Part shown: piece after piece, positions 50,101-62,486 of the stretch
Numbering within the stretch: the stretch's first letter is position 1
Layout: every line of letters begins with the position of its first letter
Source of the DNA: Fistulifera solaris
Lineage: Eukaryota
NCBI GenBank assembly: GCA_030295235.1
Contig: AP026126.1
Coordinates: 248,001 to 312,000 of the forward strand
DNA length: 64,000 nt
Reading direction: 5' to 3'
Notes under the pieces: generated by a model
What the model saw: the letters and a program-made list of their open reading frames with translations, nothing else
Told to the model about the DNA's origin: nothing
Databases searched by the model: none
Program-made: the position numbers and the translations under genes

Positions 50101-50700
50101 ATTATGGCAACGACTACCTGGTCGTGGTACTCTGGGCGAAGCGGAACCAGAAACAATTATGCTTGCTCCCTATCCTGAGTTCATCGAATCGTATGCCAAT
50201 GCTGCGTGTGAAGAGTCAATGGCAAATACGATGAAAATTGTGAAAGCGTGTCGTTCGCTTCGAGCGTCTTACAATATTGCGAAAAAAAGCACAACCAATT
50301 ATTTCATCAAAGTTTCAGGACCGGCTGAGGGCGCTGCTAAGGATCAAGTAAAAGATATCACAACACTTGGTGTGGCAGCGTCTATTGTAGTGAATCCTAG
50401 TGAGGATGCACTCCCAAAACTGTCGGCACTGTCATCGTTGATGACAGCTTGACCATCCTGATGGATTTGAAGGGCATGGTCGATTTCAAGGTCGAAATTG
50501 AGCGTTTGCAGAAGAAATTGAAAACGACCGTACCGCAAATGGAAACACTCAAGCAGAAAATGGAGGCTGATGGCTATGAATCGAATGTGCCGGATGACTT
50601 AAAAGCCAAAAATAGTGAAAGACTCGAGTCGCTTCAGAAGACGAAGGTTGAACTGGAGGACGCCATTGCAAATTTCGAGAGGCTAGCAGTCGAAGAGTAA
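47157..50700 (+). CDS. VARS: Valyl-tRNA synthetase, cytosolic type (5 exons; frameshift ~50415)
   Basis: [15 protein letters not shown] (HIGH-like), [49 protein letters not shown] and a C-terminal coiled coil. Introns ~47238-47303, 47674-47850, 48672-48743 and 49086-49156. Confidence 0.97.
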
Positions 50701-50773
50701 ATTTCAAACATTCCTAGAAAAGACTGAATTTGAGTTAAGGCCTTTTTCCTTATCACTTTATTTCTATCAAAAA

Positions 50774-53145
50774 CTATCGCTGCTTGCGGAGGTCGACAAC
50801 CGGAGGAGGCGGCGGAGCTCGTCTTTGCTGCCTCGTCGTCAGCTCAAGTAGCTTCTGCTCACGCTCTCTCTGCACCTTAGCCATTTCTGACTTTAATCGG
50901 TCGACATCTGACATATGGTCAGCACTTGTCTTACCGCTGGTCTCAGCGACCGTTTCAGAAGACGTACGTTGCCGTGGGAGATTCGCCACCAAGTGTTTTG
51001 GAATGATTGGGTGGGATAAATTGTGTTGCGTTTTGAACGTAACGAATCCGCTTTGCTGATTTTGTTGACATTCGATGGCCTGGAAAGGAAGTTAGCATCA
51101 TTTTGGTGAGCAATTAGCAACGAACAGAATCAAACCTACCTCGTACTTGCTCAGAATCGATGACGCTTTCCGAAAGTCACCATTGGGCTTCTTGTCCAGA
51201 TTTTTGTCGGCAATATACAAATAGTGATTAATACCCAGATCCCCAAACGCTAAATCTTCTTCGAATATGTCTTCATCGTCGGTAAAATCATCCATGTCTC
51301 TTCTTATCCGCCCACTGTAGACATCTGACGATAACTTTGTCCTCGACTGAAATGACGAAGCAGCGGCGGCTTGCATGGATCGCTGGACACTTTGGGGATT
51401 GGAGCACCAATCGCAAGTCTGCTCACAAACAGTCTTGGGATCTGACTTTTCGCCAAAATGCTGTAAAAGATAGCATCGTCGGCATCCTAGAGTTGTAGCA
51501 TAACTATTCATACGTTCCAAAGCCTCCAGGGCGCGTCTTGATGATTCATCCTTGTCATCTTTTACCTTTCTTTGTTGAATCAAGTACTGAAACTTTCTCA
51601 CGTCGCTTTTTGTAAAATAGAGGACGCTGTAAGATTCCAACCCGTCTCTACCTGCCCGTCCGGATTCTTGATAAAAGGACTCCACAGTTTTTGGCAACGA
51701 CCAGTGTACGACGTAGCGAACATGAGCTAAATCGATGCCCATCCCAAAGGCCACCGTTGCGATAGCAATCGGTGTTTTACCTGTAGTCCAATTATGTTGG
51801 ACCTGGGTACGTTCAATATCTTTGAGGCCTCCGTGATACCCTGCCGCAAGTATGCCAGTTCGTCTTTGAATCTCGAGCGCTAAATCGACTGTTTCTTCTC
51901 GTTTGTGAACGTAAATAATACCAGAGCAATTTTCCTGGGATTTTCTCTTGCATCGCTCGTGCTGCCTTTTTATGAAATGAATCAAATCTTCCATAGCACC
52001 GTTCGGCTTCTCTTCGTCTAGAACGTCTTTGTAGCGAACCTTGTAGAATATGTTTGGTCGATTGAAGGAACCAATATGACAGGGAGCGTCACGAAGATGT
52101 AAAATTTGCTTAATCTACAAGAGAATGAATAGCAAGGATGAGAAAGATGTTGGTCATTCCAGTAAATCGTACAACGACTCACATCTTCAATTACTTTGGG
52201 AGTCGCGGTAGCGGTACACGCCATGCAGGGCACATCGGGAAAGGTTTCCCGAAACCACCCCAGTTTTCGAAACGCGGGACGAAAATCGTGCCCCCAGCTC
52301 GACAAACAGTGCGCTTCATCTACTGCAAAAAGCGAAAGACGCTTTTGCTGATGCACTTCCATCATGATATTCCGAAATCGTTCCGTTTGGATTTGTTCCG
52401 GAGTACAGTACAAGAGTGTGATGGGTCGCAGGGATGATGACGATGATGCCTTGGCCCTCAAACTGCGACCGACGACTCGTTCCATCGTGTCAACGTTCAC
52501 TCGCTCTCCATTCGAAGACGATAGGACGGCAGCTTCGATTCCTTTGGCTAAACAGGATTGTACTTGATCGACCATGAGAGCAATGAGTGGAGAAACGACC
52601 ACCGTCAAACCGCCGAGTGCGACAGCGGGTAGTTGGTAACACAGACTTTTGCCGCCTCCGGTTGCCATGACGATGAGTTGACTCTTTCGCTTCAAAGCAC
52701 AATTGATCGCCACGGGTTGTAAATATCGTAGGCTTGGAATGCGAAATACTTCGTTCAGGATCTGTGCAGCGTGACGTTTCAGTTCCTCGTAGGTCTTTTC
52801 TGTGGAAGGACCTGTTGATTGAGCCAACTTTGCAACAGTCGCCGAACCGAAAGAAGCATGATTATTTGTATTGGAAGGAGGATTTTTCCGTTTCCTTGAC
52901 GGTGCTGCTTCTTTGGTGGGCAAACCAAAAAGAGTGGTCTGTTTCGTTGGCTTGGACGGCGAGGACTTCTTCGGTTCCACAATTTTGGGTTCCACGAAAC
53001 CTCCGAATAGTGTTGTTTGTCGAGATTCTTTCTTCGTTTGCTCCGCTATATTGTTCACAGTAATTCGTTCCGTCAGACAGATTTCACACTTTTTCGCAGT
53101 GTCTTGCGAATTCTCAAATGTACAAGCCTCGCAAGACCAGGTCAT
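50774..53145 (-). CDS. RecQ-family DNA helicase with an N-terminal RanBP2-type Zn finger (introns ~52116-52183 and ~51056-51138)
   Basis: [63 protein letters not shown] and the Zn-binding [17 protein letters not shown]. Confidence 0.93.
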
Positions 53146-53614
53146 GTCGGCTTTGTCACTGTTCTTTGTTCGCAAACCGATGAAACAAAAAAAACTCTAC
53201 CTAGTCGTGTGTGCGACTATCGTCCGTCCAGCAAATCGTTTCGTCTTTCCTTCTTATTTACGATTACAGTGCTTCATTCCTTTCTCTCGACGTGCTTTGA
53301 ATGAAGAACAGAGGCATGCTGGCATGCTTTTCCTTGTGAATTGTTCGACCGACAACCGACAAAGCAAATATCAAAATAATGCTGTCATTGTCGCATGTCC
53401 GTCATCCGTCAAGTCGCTAATCCTAAAATCTCAAGCGCATTTAGATTCCAAATTCCATTCTCGTACGTGTTCGCCGCTCGCACAGCGTTCTTCGCAACCT
53501 CTCGATGCAAATTTAACGGCAGGAGGACAAGTCAGTTTATTATCGCAGTCCATCACCCAAGACGTTGATGGTTATTGCCTCCTAGACCTATCAATAACAT
53601 CACTGTACGCTATC

Positions 53615-54071
53615 ATGGCACGAGTATCTTTCCTGTTTGTGCTGCTTGCGGCTTTGGCTACTATCTCGAATGCGTTTGCTCCGGCTCCGGCGTTTGGTTG
53701 TGGTACGTGCGTTCGTGCTGTGATTGCCTGTGGTTGGCCGTGTGTCTCTCTTACCTTGTTTCCCCATCTATCGTTATTTCTTAATTGCCTTATTATTATT
53801 ATCATTATCATTCATTATATGATTTACAGTCACTCGACCCGAGACGGCCTTGCCCGTGAAAATCAAGATTGTAGTCGGTGACGGTGAACCCATTGAAAGT
53901 GCCATTCGTCGTTTCAAGCGGGAAGTCAGCAAATCGGGTCATTTGATTGAACTCCGTCACAAACGCTACTTTGAAAACTCGCAAGAACGAGCCAAGCGTA
54001 AGGTCAAGGAGGCCCGTATGCGCAAGAAATTTGAACGCATGCAAAAACGCCGTACCGCGAACCGTGTTTAA
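53615..54071 (+). CDS. rpsU: Plastid-targeted 30S ribosomal protein bS21 (intron 53703-53829)
   Basis: Signal MARVSFLFVLLAALATISNA-FAPAP (ASAFAP-type), spliced to VKIKIVVGDGEPIESAIRRFKREV..ELRHKRYFE. Confidence 0.92.
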
Positions 54072-54975
54072 TGTATGGAATAGTTCAAAACAACCAACGT
54101 GATTTTTTTTGTAGTTCGTTTTTAGTCAAATGGTTGTGTGTTGTGGTTGATTTTCGTCACGAGGTATTGAAGCTTTTCTAAATAAGGTGTTCCGTTCTTT
54201 CTGTAGATAATGTGGTGTTTTTCAAAAGACGACCCTTTCGATCTTTCTTTTCATGATAACTAGCATCAAGACGAAGGCGATATTCTTTTTCTTTACTCCG
54301 TTATTCATTGCTCTCGGTGCTTGTTCGGATCGGAAGCAGATGTCGGGAGCAACGCTCTCGAAACCATCCACCAGTTCCACGTAGACTCTAGAAAGTTTAT
54401 TTTTCCTCATTTCTTGAGTCATTTCATTTTATACCTCTAGGTTAGCTCATCACTTTCGATCTTGAGTTAGACAAGTGAGAAGCGCCCAACATTTTGCCAA
54501 TCTACAACACGATACCAATAGAAACTAGAAAAAGTAATTAAAGCCAAAGGGTGTTCCTAGGTCTTAGCTTTCAAAACCGGTACGTCCATGCTAGGCAACG
54601 ACAGAGAACGTGGTCGCACTATGAAAAGTCATAGAGGGCGGAGAGACAACGGACGAATACGAAAAGTGATCATCGCAAGAAAAAAATAGCCAAACGCCGC
54701 CATGTGATGAAGGAAGCCCATTCGTCGTTGAATGTTATAGAATTCTACGAGTCAGTGTTTGCTGCAAAGTATTCACCATGATCATTGTAGATAAACTCTT
54801 GTTACATGTGCCGGATTTGACGCCAAGAAAGAATGAAGGACCGATTATGGCTTGCTCCGCCGTCATGAGTCGCGAACACCAAACGTTGTTTTATTCAACA
54901 CGAAGTATGTGTGCCGACCGACAAGGAGTCTTCGATCACCTGTATCCCAAGCGATTGTTGAAAAGTGTACGTTGA

Positions 54976-55946
54976 ATGCAAAAGATGTTGCTTCCGCCGC
55001 TTACTCACTTTGTTGTTGCTCAGACCTTGAAAGTTTCGATTACGCAAGGAGCGCATATCTTTTCCAAGTACATGACCGATCAAATCAAGGAGGATATGGA
55101 ACGAGATGAAAAAGTAGCCAAGGGAATCATGACACGAGAACAAGCTGAAGAAGAATCAGAGCGATGGCAGCAGGTAAGTCGCCTTTATTTTGCAAGCAAA
55201 GAATGTATGCGCCGTGATGGACGGTTTTTACACCGTTGCTGAAATCAGAATAGGTACACACAGTGCTCGGGCTTTGTGTAATCTGGAAGGATGATAACCT
55301 TTATCTTTGAGCGCTACATGTGTTGTTCGTGTTCTTCATGTTCGTTACGCCCGTTGTCTCACACGTTGCTGCAGATCGAATGGAATTATCGCTTTCAAGA
55401 ACTACCCCGCAAATTGATTATCGCCTTGTCCAAATATCACGCCATCATCTTGACTATGCGCTTGTATGAATGGATCGCTTCAAAATGGGTCGACCAAGAG
55501 ATGATGGATCGACTCACCATTGATACCTTTTGTACGCAAAACGAAAATCCGAAGTCGAAGGAAAAAGAGGAACCGAGTTGGCTCGGGAAATGTTCAGCGT
55601 GTCGTGGAGAGCCAATTTAATATCCTTTCTGGCGGACTACAGTGTGCATCAAGTCATTATGCTGTACGCGTACTATTGCTACGCGCAACAAAAGCGTCGA
55701 AAGTCCGAGGAGGATTCGGTCATGTCGATGGAATCACATGACGACATGCCGCAAGGCCACTTGATTCTGTTTACGGTGCGCAAGTCGACGCTATTGGGCT
55801 TGTCGCGGGGAATCGCTCTCGGTTTCTCTTCGATCGGCGCCGGTTTGGGATCGATGGTGGCCCCGTCCTGGGGTACACTAATCGGCACCAACCTAGGAGA
55901 CGGTTTGGCAGCTTCGTTGACCGAAGATCTAGTTGATCATCCTTGA
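54976..55946 (+). CDS. Hypothetical membrane protein with a C-terminal glycine-zipper-like hairpin (intron ~55173-55375, frameshift ~55527; start uncertain)
   Basis: Joined ORFs ending SSIGAGLGSMVAPSWGTLIGTNLGDG. Confidence 0.5.
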
Positions 55947-56045
55947 TAATAACAACAATAGACACAGAATAGTATATATTTTTCAGTGCTAGAAGGTCTA
56001 TATGAACAGAGGCCGAATGCCACGCATGATTGAATGCAATATACT

Positions 56046-57755
56046 TTAATCAATGAAGCGGTCATCCAGAGGATTGTCAAACATATCGTGCCTTGGGGCA
56101 GCGAGCAAAACTGGTCTTCGTACTTCGAACAGCGTCAACTTCAACATATATATGAATAGAAGTATGCAAGTCACCACCGCAAAGACCAACGTTTCATTGA
56201 TGAACTTGAGTTTTGCGAGTGTCACGATGATTCCCATAATAACAAAAAAAAATAATGACCATAGCGAACGGAGGTAAACCCGGCATTGGGTGATCGTCGC
56301 CATAAATTTTGGCACGTTGCTGGGCTTTTAATCGCTTTGCGACAACAAGAAGCATTAAAGCTGTCATAAATGTGGTCATGATTGCCAGCAGAATAACATC
56401 GGACGTTGACCATTGATCCCGGCGGAAAAAGTCCAAGGCCTGACAATCACTATCGCACCAGACACCATATTTATAAATCCTTTGACACATGTTCCACTCT
56501 CCAATATCGTAGAAGTTATCGTATAATTTGCGTTGCATCATTTCCCTGTATTCGGCCCAAAAGTTATCATGATAAGCCTGTAATAGATGGAACATGTGTC
56601 AGTCTCGTTGACAAGTTGAAATGAGGCCGGACTCCGAACATCTTACCTGAAAATCTTCTTGTGACGCCGCGAGATTACGATTTCCACCATCATCCGTCGC
56701 CACGTAATCATCTCCATTATTGTTGTTTTGGCTCCCATCGTCGTTGGTCACGTCATCATTCGCGGCCAGGTACTTGTCATCGAAATAGTCGTCTTGATAA
56801 CGATCGTCCTGCTGCTGTTGCTTATCGTTCGCATTGTTGTTTTTTGAATACTGATTAATCGAGTCGTCGTCATACCAATTACCATTCTTCTTGTTGAACG
56901 TATTGGATATTTCATCCGGTTGACAAGTGAGACAGGAGTAGAACGGTGGTTTGAACGAAATTTTGGTAGGAATATACATTTCCCCAATTTTGTATCCTTT
57001 GCGAGCGCGTTCTCTCGGAGTTTGGTAATCATCATACGGCATGGAACATTGCGCGTCCATATAAATGTGCAATTCCAGCTTGGTGGAGGTGAATGTTTCC
57101 CGTTCCATGCAACCAATTTTCCCGTACAACTTCATTCCGGCGTACGTACTTTGCTTCAACGCAATGCAATTGAGATAGGCGGCATCGGATGGCAGTTGAA
57201 AGTTATATCCCTGAGTGATTGCCAAGTAATTAAAATAGGCTCTCATATAGTGAGCGATCGAAACAACAAACGTGGAGATCTCCGCAAAGTGACATTGGTA
57301 ACTTTGTTCGGTGCTGAACAGCTGATATTTAATCATGTGCCCGTTGTTGCTGGACAACAACAACAGTACAATAGGTGAGGACGTGCTCTCGCACAAGAGA
57401 CGACACTGTCGCCAGGCACTTACTAGTTGACACAAGAAATGGGCATCACGCTCACACCCTCGAATCCAGCGGCTGGCGTCCAATGAAACACATCATCGTC
57501 CGAGTAACGAGTTATGCCATTGCCATTGTAATAAGATTGTGCCTTTCCACCGTCATCTCCCCCGGCAGTATCATCATTGCTCTGACTATAATAGTTGCTG
57601 TAAGCGTAATTATTGTTCGATGCAGCGGTAAAAATGCATTCTTGAGAAAGAAACAGAAGGAGCATCCACAATAAAAATATACGGCTACCACTCGATGATC
57701 GCCTTTGTGAACAATGCCGTCTCATTTCGTCTTGTCTCGCACTACAAGGTAGCAT
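56046..57755 (-). CDS. Silicanin (Sin1/SiMat7)-like N/D/Q/Y-rich secretory membrane protein with three C-terminal TM helices (introns 57350-57423 and 56578-56646; frameshift in the A-run ~56244-56252)
   Basis: Signal peptide, TFVVSIAHYMRAY, YLNC, LYGKIGC..LHIYMDAQC, SCLTC, an N/D/Q-rich insert, RNL and RKL motifs, and MCQRIYKYGVWCDSDC before the TM segments. Confidence 0.55.
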
Positions 57756-58340
57756 GTTTGATGATAGTATTGTCGCTGCGGCGATGTTGTTGATTGCTAT
57801 TTCCGTTTCACTCGTCTTTCTTGTTGCCTCTTTGCTCGATGTTTTGTTTTTATTTTGCAACGTGATGAACGCATTGTGCCATGGTGTGTAAATGGGTGTG
57901 TCAAGCTCGTTTTTGTTTAGCGCTATAGAATCTACGTGTTGAATACACGCATACTCCTTTTCTCACACTTTCGACTATAGGACCCGCTCGCCAGCAAACA
58001 CCCAAGCGTTCTCTTTACATATTATATAAAACGTGTAATTTCCTAATTATTCTACGGCAACGGCTTTGCACGTGTTGTCCGATGATCAAACTAAAAAGTA
58101 CCCCTGGATTGCTTTCTACACTTCACAAGCTTATAGACTTTCAACGAGCACGTTTCCTTTTTACAGCAACAATTCGGGTCGAGTCCCGTTTTACCGTCTT
58201 GTCTCTCCCGTACTATTCTGTTGCAGGTTGCAGGCCAAAAGGCCAAGGGCCTTTCCTTTCATTCTCTCTGTGTCAACTCACCTTTGACTCCCAACAAACA
58301 AACACATAATAATACTCTATCATCATTGTAGAGCAACACC

Positions 58341-59668
58341 ATGGGCAACTTACTGGGATCCCCCAATACCGAAAAGGAAACACACACGGGACGCACACCG
58401 GACGGAATGCCGTTCGGTGTGTCGTCCATGCAGGGATGGCGTGTGCATATGGAAGACGCTCATGTTACCGAAATCCAATTGCATGCCGGAGAAACTCCCC
58501 TGCCAGGTCATGCTTTGTTTGGTGTCTTTGATGGACACGGTGGAACCTTTGCGGCATTTTATGCGGGTAACAATCTATCGCGTGTGTTTAGTAGGCAACC
58601 GAAATGGATCGAATACGCGAAACAATTACAACAAGACACGTCGTCACAAGAGTCAAGTGTACAGTTACTGAAAGAAGCGTTACGGGATGCATTCATTGAA
58701 ATAGATAGAGAAATTGCTTTGGCTCTGCGGGGTCAGAAAGTCGCGGATGCTGTCGATGGTGATACAGTAGCTTCGAATCATCGTAGCGACCCGGACGACG
58801 AAGATGCGATTCGCTTGCTTCAAGAAGAAGGTGATTCGGGGACCACTGCCTGCGTGGTTTTAGTGACTCCTAATTTTGTGCTGTGTGCCAACGCCGGTGA
58901 TTCCCGATCGGTCATGTCCAAGCAAGGTGGACAGGTCGTAGAACTTTCGTTGGACCATAAACCCGACGACGAAGATGAGGAAAAGCGTATTCGGGCCGCC
59001 GGTGGTTATGTTGCTGGGGGAAGAGTAGAAGGTACGCATTAGCGTTGTTCGGTTCTTTCTTGCGTCTCCTTGTTGTTCATTCATTCACTCGCGTGTCTAT
59101 TCAAATTGAAAGGCGACCTCGCCGTGTCAAGAGGGCTTGGTGATTTCCGATTCAAAAGCATGGATGTCGTGATGGCATCTGCGGATGATTTGAAGAAGCT
59201 GGAGGATTTGCAGGCTCTTGTCAGCAAACCGGAACAGCAAAAAGTATCGCCGGTGCCCGATATAATCGTTCAAAACCGCGATTCATCCAATGATGAATTC
59301 ATAATCATTGCCTGTGACGGTGTTTGGGATGTTAATACCAACGAAGAGTGTATTAGAATAGTGTCGGAGTTGTTTGAAGAAGGAGAGTCTGACGTGGGAT
59401 TGATTTGCGAAGAGGTAAGAAAAATTCTATGGAGTAGATTGAGATTATTGAGTTGGCATATCATTCGGACCTTGACTGACTTCTTGGTCGTTAGTTATGT
59501 GATTTGTGCCTGAATAAAGGTAGCAAGGACAACATGACAGCACTTGTTGTGAAAATGGACGCTCAAAAGATTGGCGAGGGTGGCGGCGTGATGGCTCGGC
59601 GGCAAAAAAGGGAGGAGGACGAAGCAGAACGGAAAGCCGAAGAAGTCAATAGAAACAAAAGACACTAG
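58341..59668 (+). CDS. PP2C/PPM1A-like Ser/Thr phosphatase with a probable N-myristoylation site (introns ~59032-59112 and ~59414-59494)
   Basis: MGNLLGSP, SMQGWRVHMEDAH, GVFDGHGG, ANAGDSR, DHKP, LAVSRGLGD, IIACDGVWD and GSKDNMT. Confidence 0.95.
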
Positions 59669-59813
59669 GCGCCAACCAATGATTCCGGCTTTCTATGGTT
59701 TGAAAGGATTGTTTGACCTTTTGATTTTATACTACAGAGTTCAATTCTGCGATCATAATAACATGTTTCCAGTAACTATGGAGCTTAGACTATCCATCAT
59801 TTTTCCAATCTTC

Positions 59814-61890
59814 TTACTGCAACGAATCTTCCAGATAAGAATATTCGAAGCGAAAGTCTGTCTTGATTCGAGTGCACCAACCTGTTTCGTAGTCGAAATA
59901 GACATACGTGCCCTGCTCATACTCGTCGGTCGTAATTTTTGGTTCTTCGTGACGCTGAAACCAAGTCATATATTTCTTGTGAAAGCGCCAGCTTTGCTTC
60001 TTGAGCTCGCGAGCAGCGAGGTACTGCTGGTAGGTTCCTTGGGCATAATAAAAGATGAAAAACAAGCAATCAATCCCCAACTTTTCAAAAACGGCAGGAT
60101 TTTCGAAAATTGTGGCAGGCGTAGTAGGATACGACGCGGGGGTTGGGTATGGATTCTGCGGGGTGTACTGTCGGCTTCTCTCATTTTCTGCGTTGCCAGG
60201 CGCGGTAAGGAAAGATTCGTTGAGCGTAGACAAGAAGGATGAGCCCGGATCAGCTGCTCCAGAACTCTGCGAAAGAGATCCGCCTAAAGGAGCTTCAGCT
60301 CGTTCGGAACCTCCAAGGTTCACTCCACTCAAGCCAACACTTAGTAGTTCCATGCTGTTATTTGGAGGAAGCTGCATCTGCGAGTTCTGAAGAGTCTGTG
60401 CTTTTTGTTCCGCTGCTTGCTGCGCTTGCAACTTTGCAGCTTGTTGGGCCTCCTGTTGCTGACGCATTTGAGCTTCTTGCTGCTGCCGTTTCAAAGCCTC
60501 TTGTTGCGCTTGCTGTTGTTGCTGTTGTTGAATTTGCTGTAACCGAAGAGCTTCTTGCTGGCGTAACTGCTCCTCCTGTTGCTGGCGTGCCTGTTCCGCT
60601 TGTCTTGCTTGTTGCTCTCGAAGAATCTAGTTTGAGCACGCAAAAGTGAGATTCAAGCCAAAATGTACCTAGCTTCATCAAAAATACATACCTTTTGTTG
60701 TCGTTCTTTCTCTTGCTCGCTCTCACGCTTCAAAATCGCTGCCATACTGGCTCCGGGTGCTGCTGTGGCTGGGGCTGGTGGTGACCTAGCAACCGGTGCA
60801 GGTACTCCATTATGAACAGGTTGCGACGGCGTCGGTTTTGTCGGAGTGACTTTCTCTTCTTCTTTGGCAGCCTCTTTTTCGGCATTTTTCTTATCTGCCT
60901 TACTGACCCGTGCTCTGCCTATCGTCAATGGTATTACAGACGCCACTGCCTTGGATTTGCCCTTTTTGTCCTTACTGCTACCCTTGGAGCTCAATGTCTC
61001 TGTATCATCCTTGTCTTTCTTTACTGCAGCTTGCGTCAAACGATCCACATTAACAACATCAAGGTCTTCCAATCCAAGTGGCTCGTAAAAGAAATCTTCA
61101 TCGTAAGCTGACATGTAGTCTTCATCAGCATATGAATCCATATAATAATCAAGATCCTCTTGAAAGGCATCTACTGTGTCAATATCCAGTCGGTCGTTGT
61201 TGACGAGTCGAATGACACCTTCCAGCTTGCTGATGTGATTCTTGTGATTCAACACGTGATTTTGAAGCTCCTCGATTTTAGCTTTGTTCGTCTTTTTTTC
61301 CTTTTCCGCTCACTAGTTTTTCTAGTTCAAAATCGTGCTCTTCGACCATCTGACGCAAGCGTTCAATGTATTCCCCTAACCAGCTAGTCGTATTTAGCTT
61401 CGCCTCTTCCGCAGGATCTAGTCGCTCTTCTCGAGCCAATCCCTCTTTCGAATACGTCTTCGTTTTCGTCTCCTTTTCGCAAATCTTGAATTGCTCCATC
61501 TTTTGTTCAATGCGTTTTCGTGCTTCAACTAGATCACCCTTGTCTTTCACTTCGGCACTTCCGATCCAAGTTTTAATTTGATCACGCAAACGTTGTAGTT
61601 TCTTTATTTCCTTCTTGAGATCCATTTCGTACTTCTCCTTCTGGTTCTGTTGCTCAGCCGAATACACTTTTTCCCAGATCTCGTCAAAGAGTAGCTCGCC
61701 CTCGTCGACTTTCTTCATGACCCGATCGATCTCGGCTGAATACAAAAATCAGTGCGTGAGTCATTCAAATAAAACAAGCGCATCGTCCGCAACAGCGTTT
61801 TCAACAAACAGCATGCAAAAACAGTCACGCTCAATTTCCTTTCCTCCTCTGCGAGCCTCACTTACTCTGCAGCTTTCTTGCGTTCGACAT
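59814..61890 (-). CDS. CNOT3: CCR4-NOT complex subunit NOT3/NOT5 (introns 61735-61865 and ~60627-60691; frameshift ~61295)
   Basis: MSNARKLQ|EIDRVMKKVDEG, DLKKEIKKLQRLRDQIKTW, EKETKTKTYSKEGL and the NOT box LFFIFYYAQGTYQQYLAARELKKQSWRFHKKY. Confidence 0.95.
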
Positions 61891-62486
61891 TGTTGCTTAT
61901 CCCCTAATTGTTTTCAAGTGTTCAAAATGATGATTCTATTAATGGTAAAGCCTGCGCTATATTGCCCTAAATCTACTCCTCGCTATGGTGCGTTTGTGGC
62001 AGGCACCTCTTCAGGTTGCCGCAGCGGTAACGCGAGAAGATTTTTTCGTAGGAAACTGAGGTCGGACGGTGGACAAACGTAGACTGTAACGTGAAGTAAG
62101 TAATAAGTGTAGGCTTCGTTTCATCTCCAACTCCTCAAAGGAAATTATAATCCCAAAATAAATACACAACTATCGCCTTTTGTTTGTGTTGCAGTTCTGT
62201 TGCGCTCTACATTTAAACAAAGTTACCCTAATATTTATTCCAAATTTTCTAAAACTGTGCTGAGTAAGTTGTCCAATAGCATTGAGTACCGTACCTGGTA
62301 GCATCTGCAATACAAAACTCAATTAATGATTTTAGGCTACGGTACATGCGGCTTCGTCGCCACGACTGCATTTCAGTCATGAATAAGAACAACGCATTTC
62401 TCATTCTATTGCATTATTTTAGCGTCTTGTCAATCACTACTGTTACTTTTTGGTACTCCGTAGAACAATTAAGCAACATTTTTATA

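Noticed and set aside
18607..53145. Functional cluster of mitosis and repair genes (Mps1, ZW10, RecQ, XRCC4-like, SIVA-like)
   Set aside because: The genes are spread over 35 kb among unrelated genes, so chance is a sufficient explanation.
52871..53881. 336-aa plus-strand ORF
   Set aside because: A chance read-through of RecQ antisense, intergenic DNA, S21 exon 1 and its intron.
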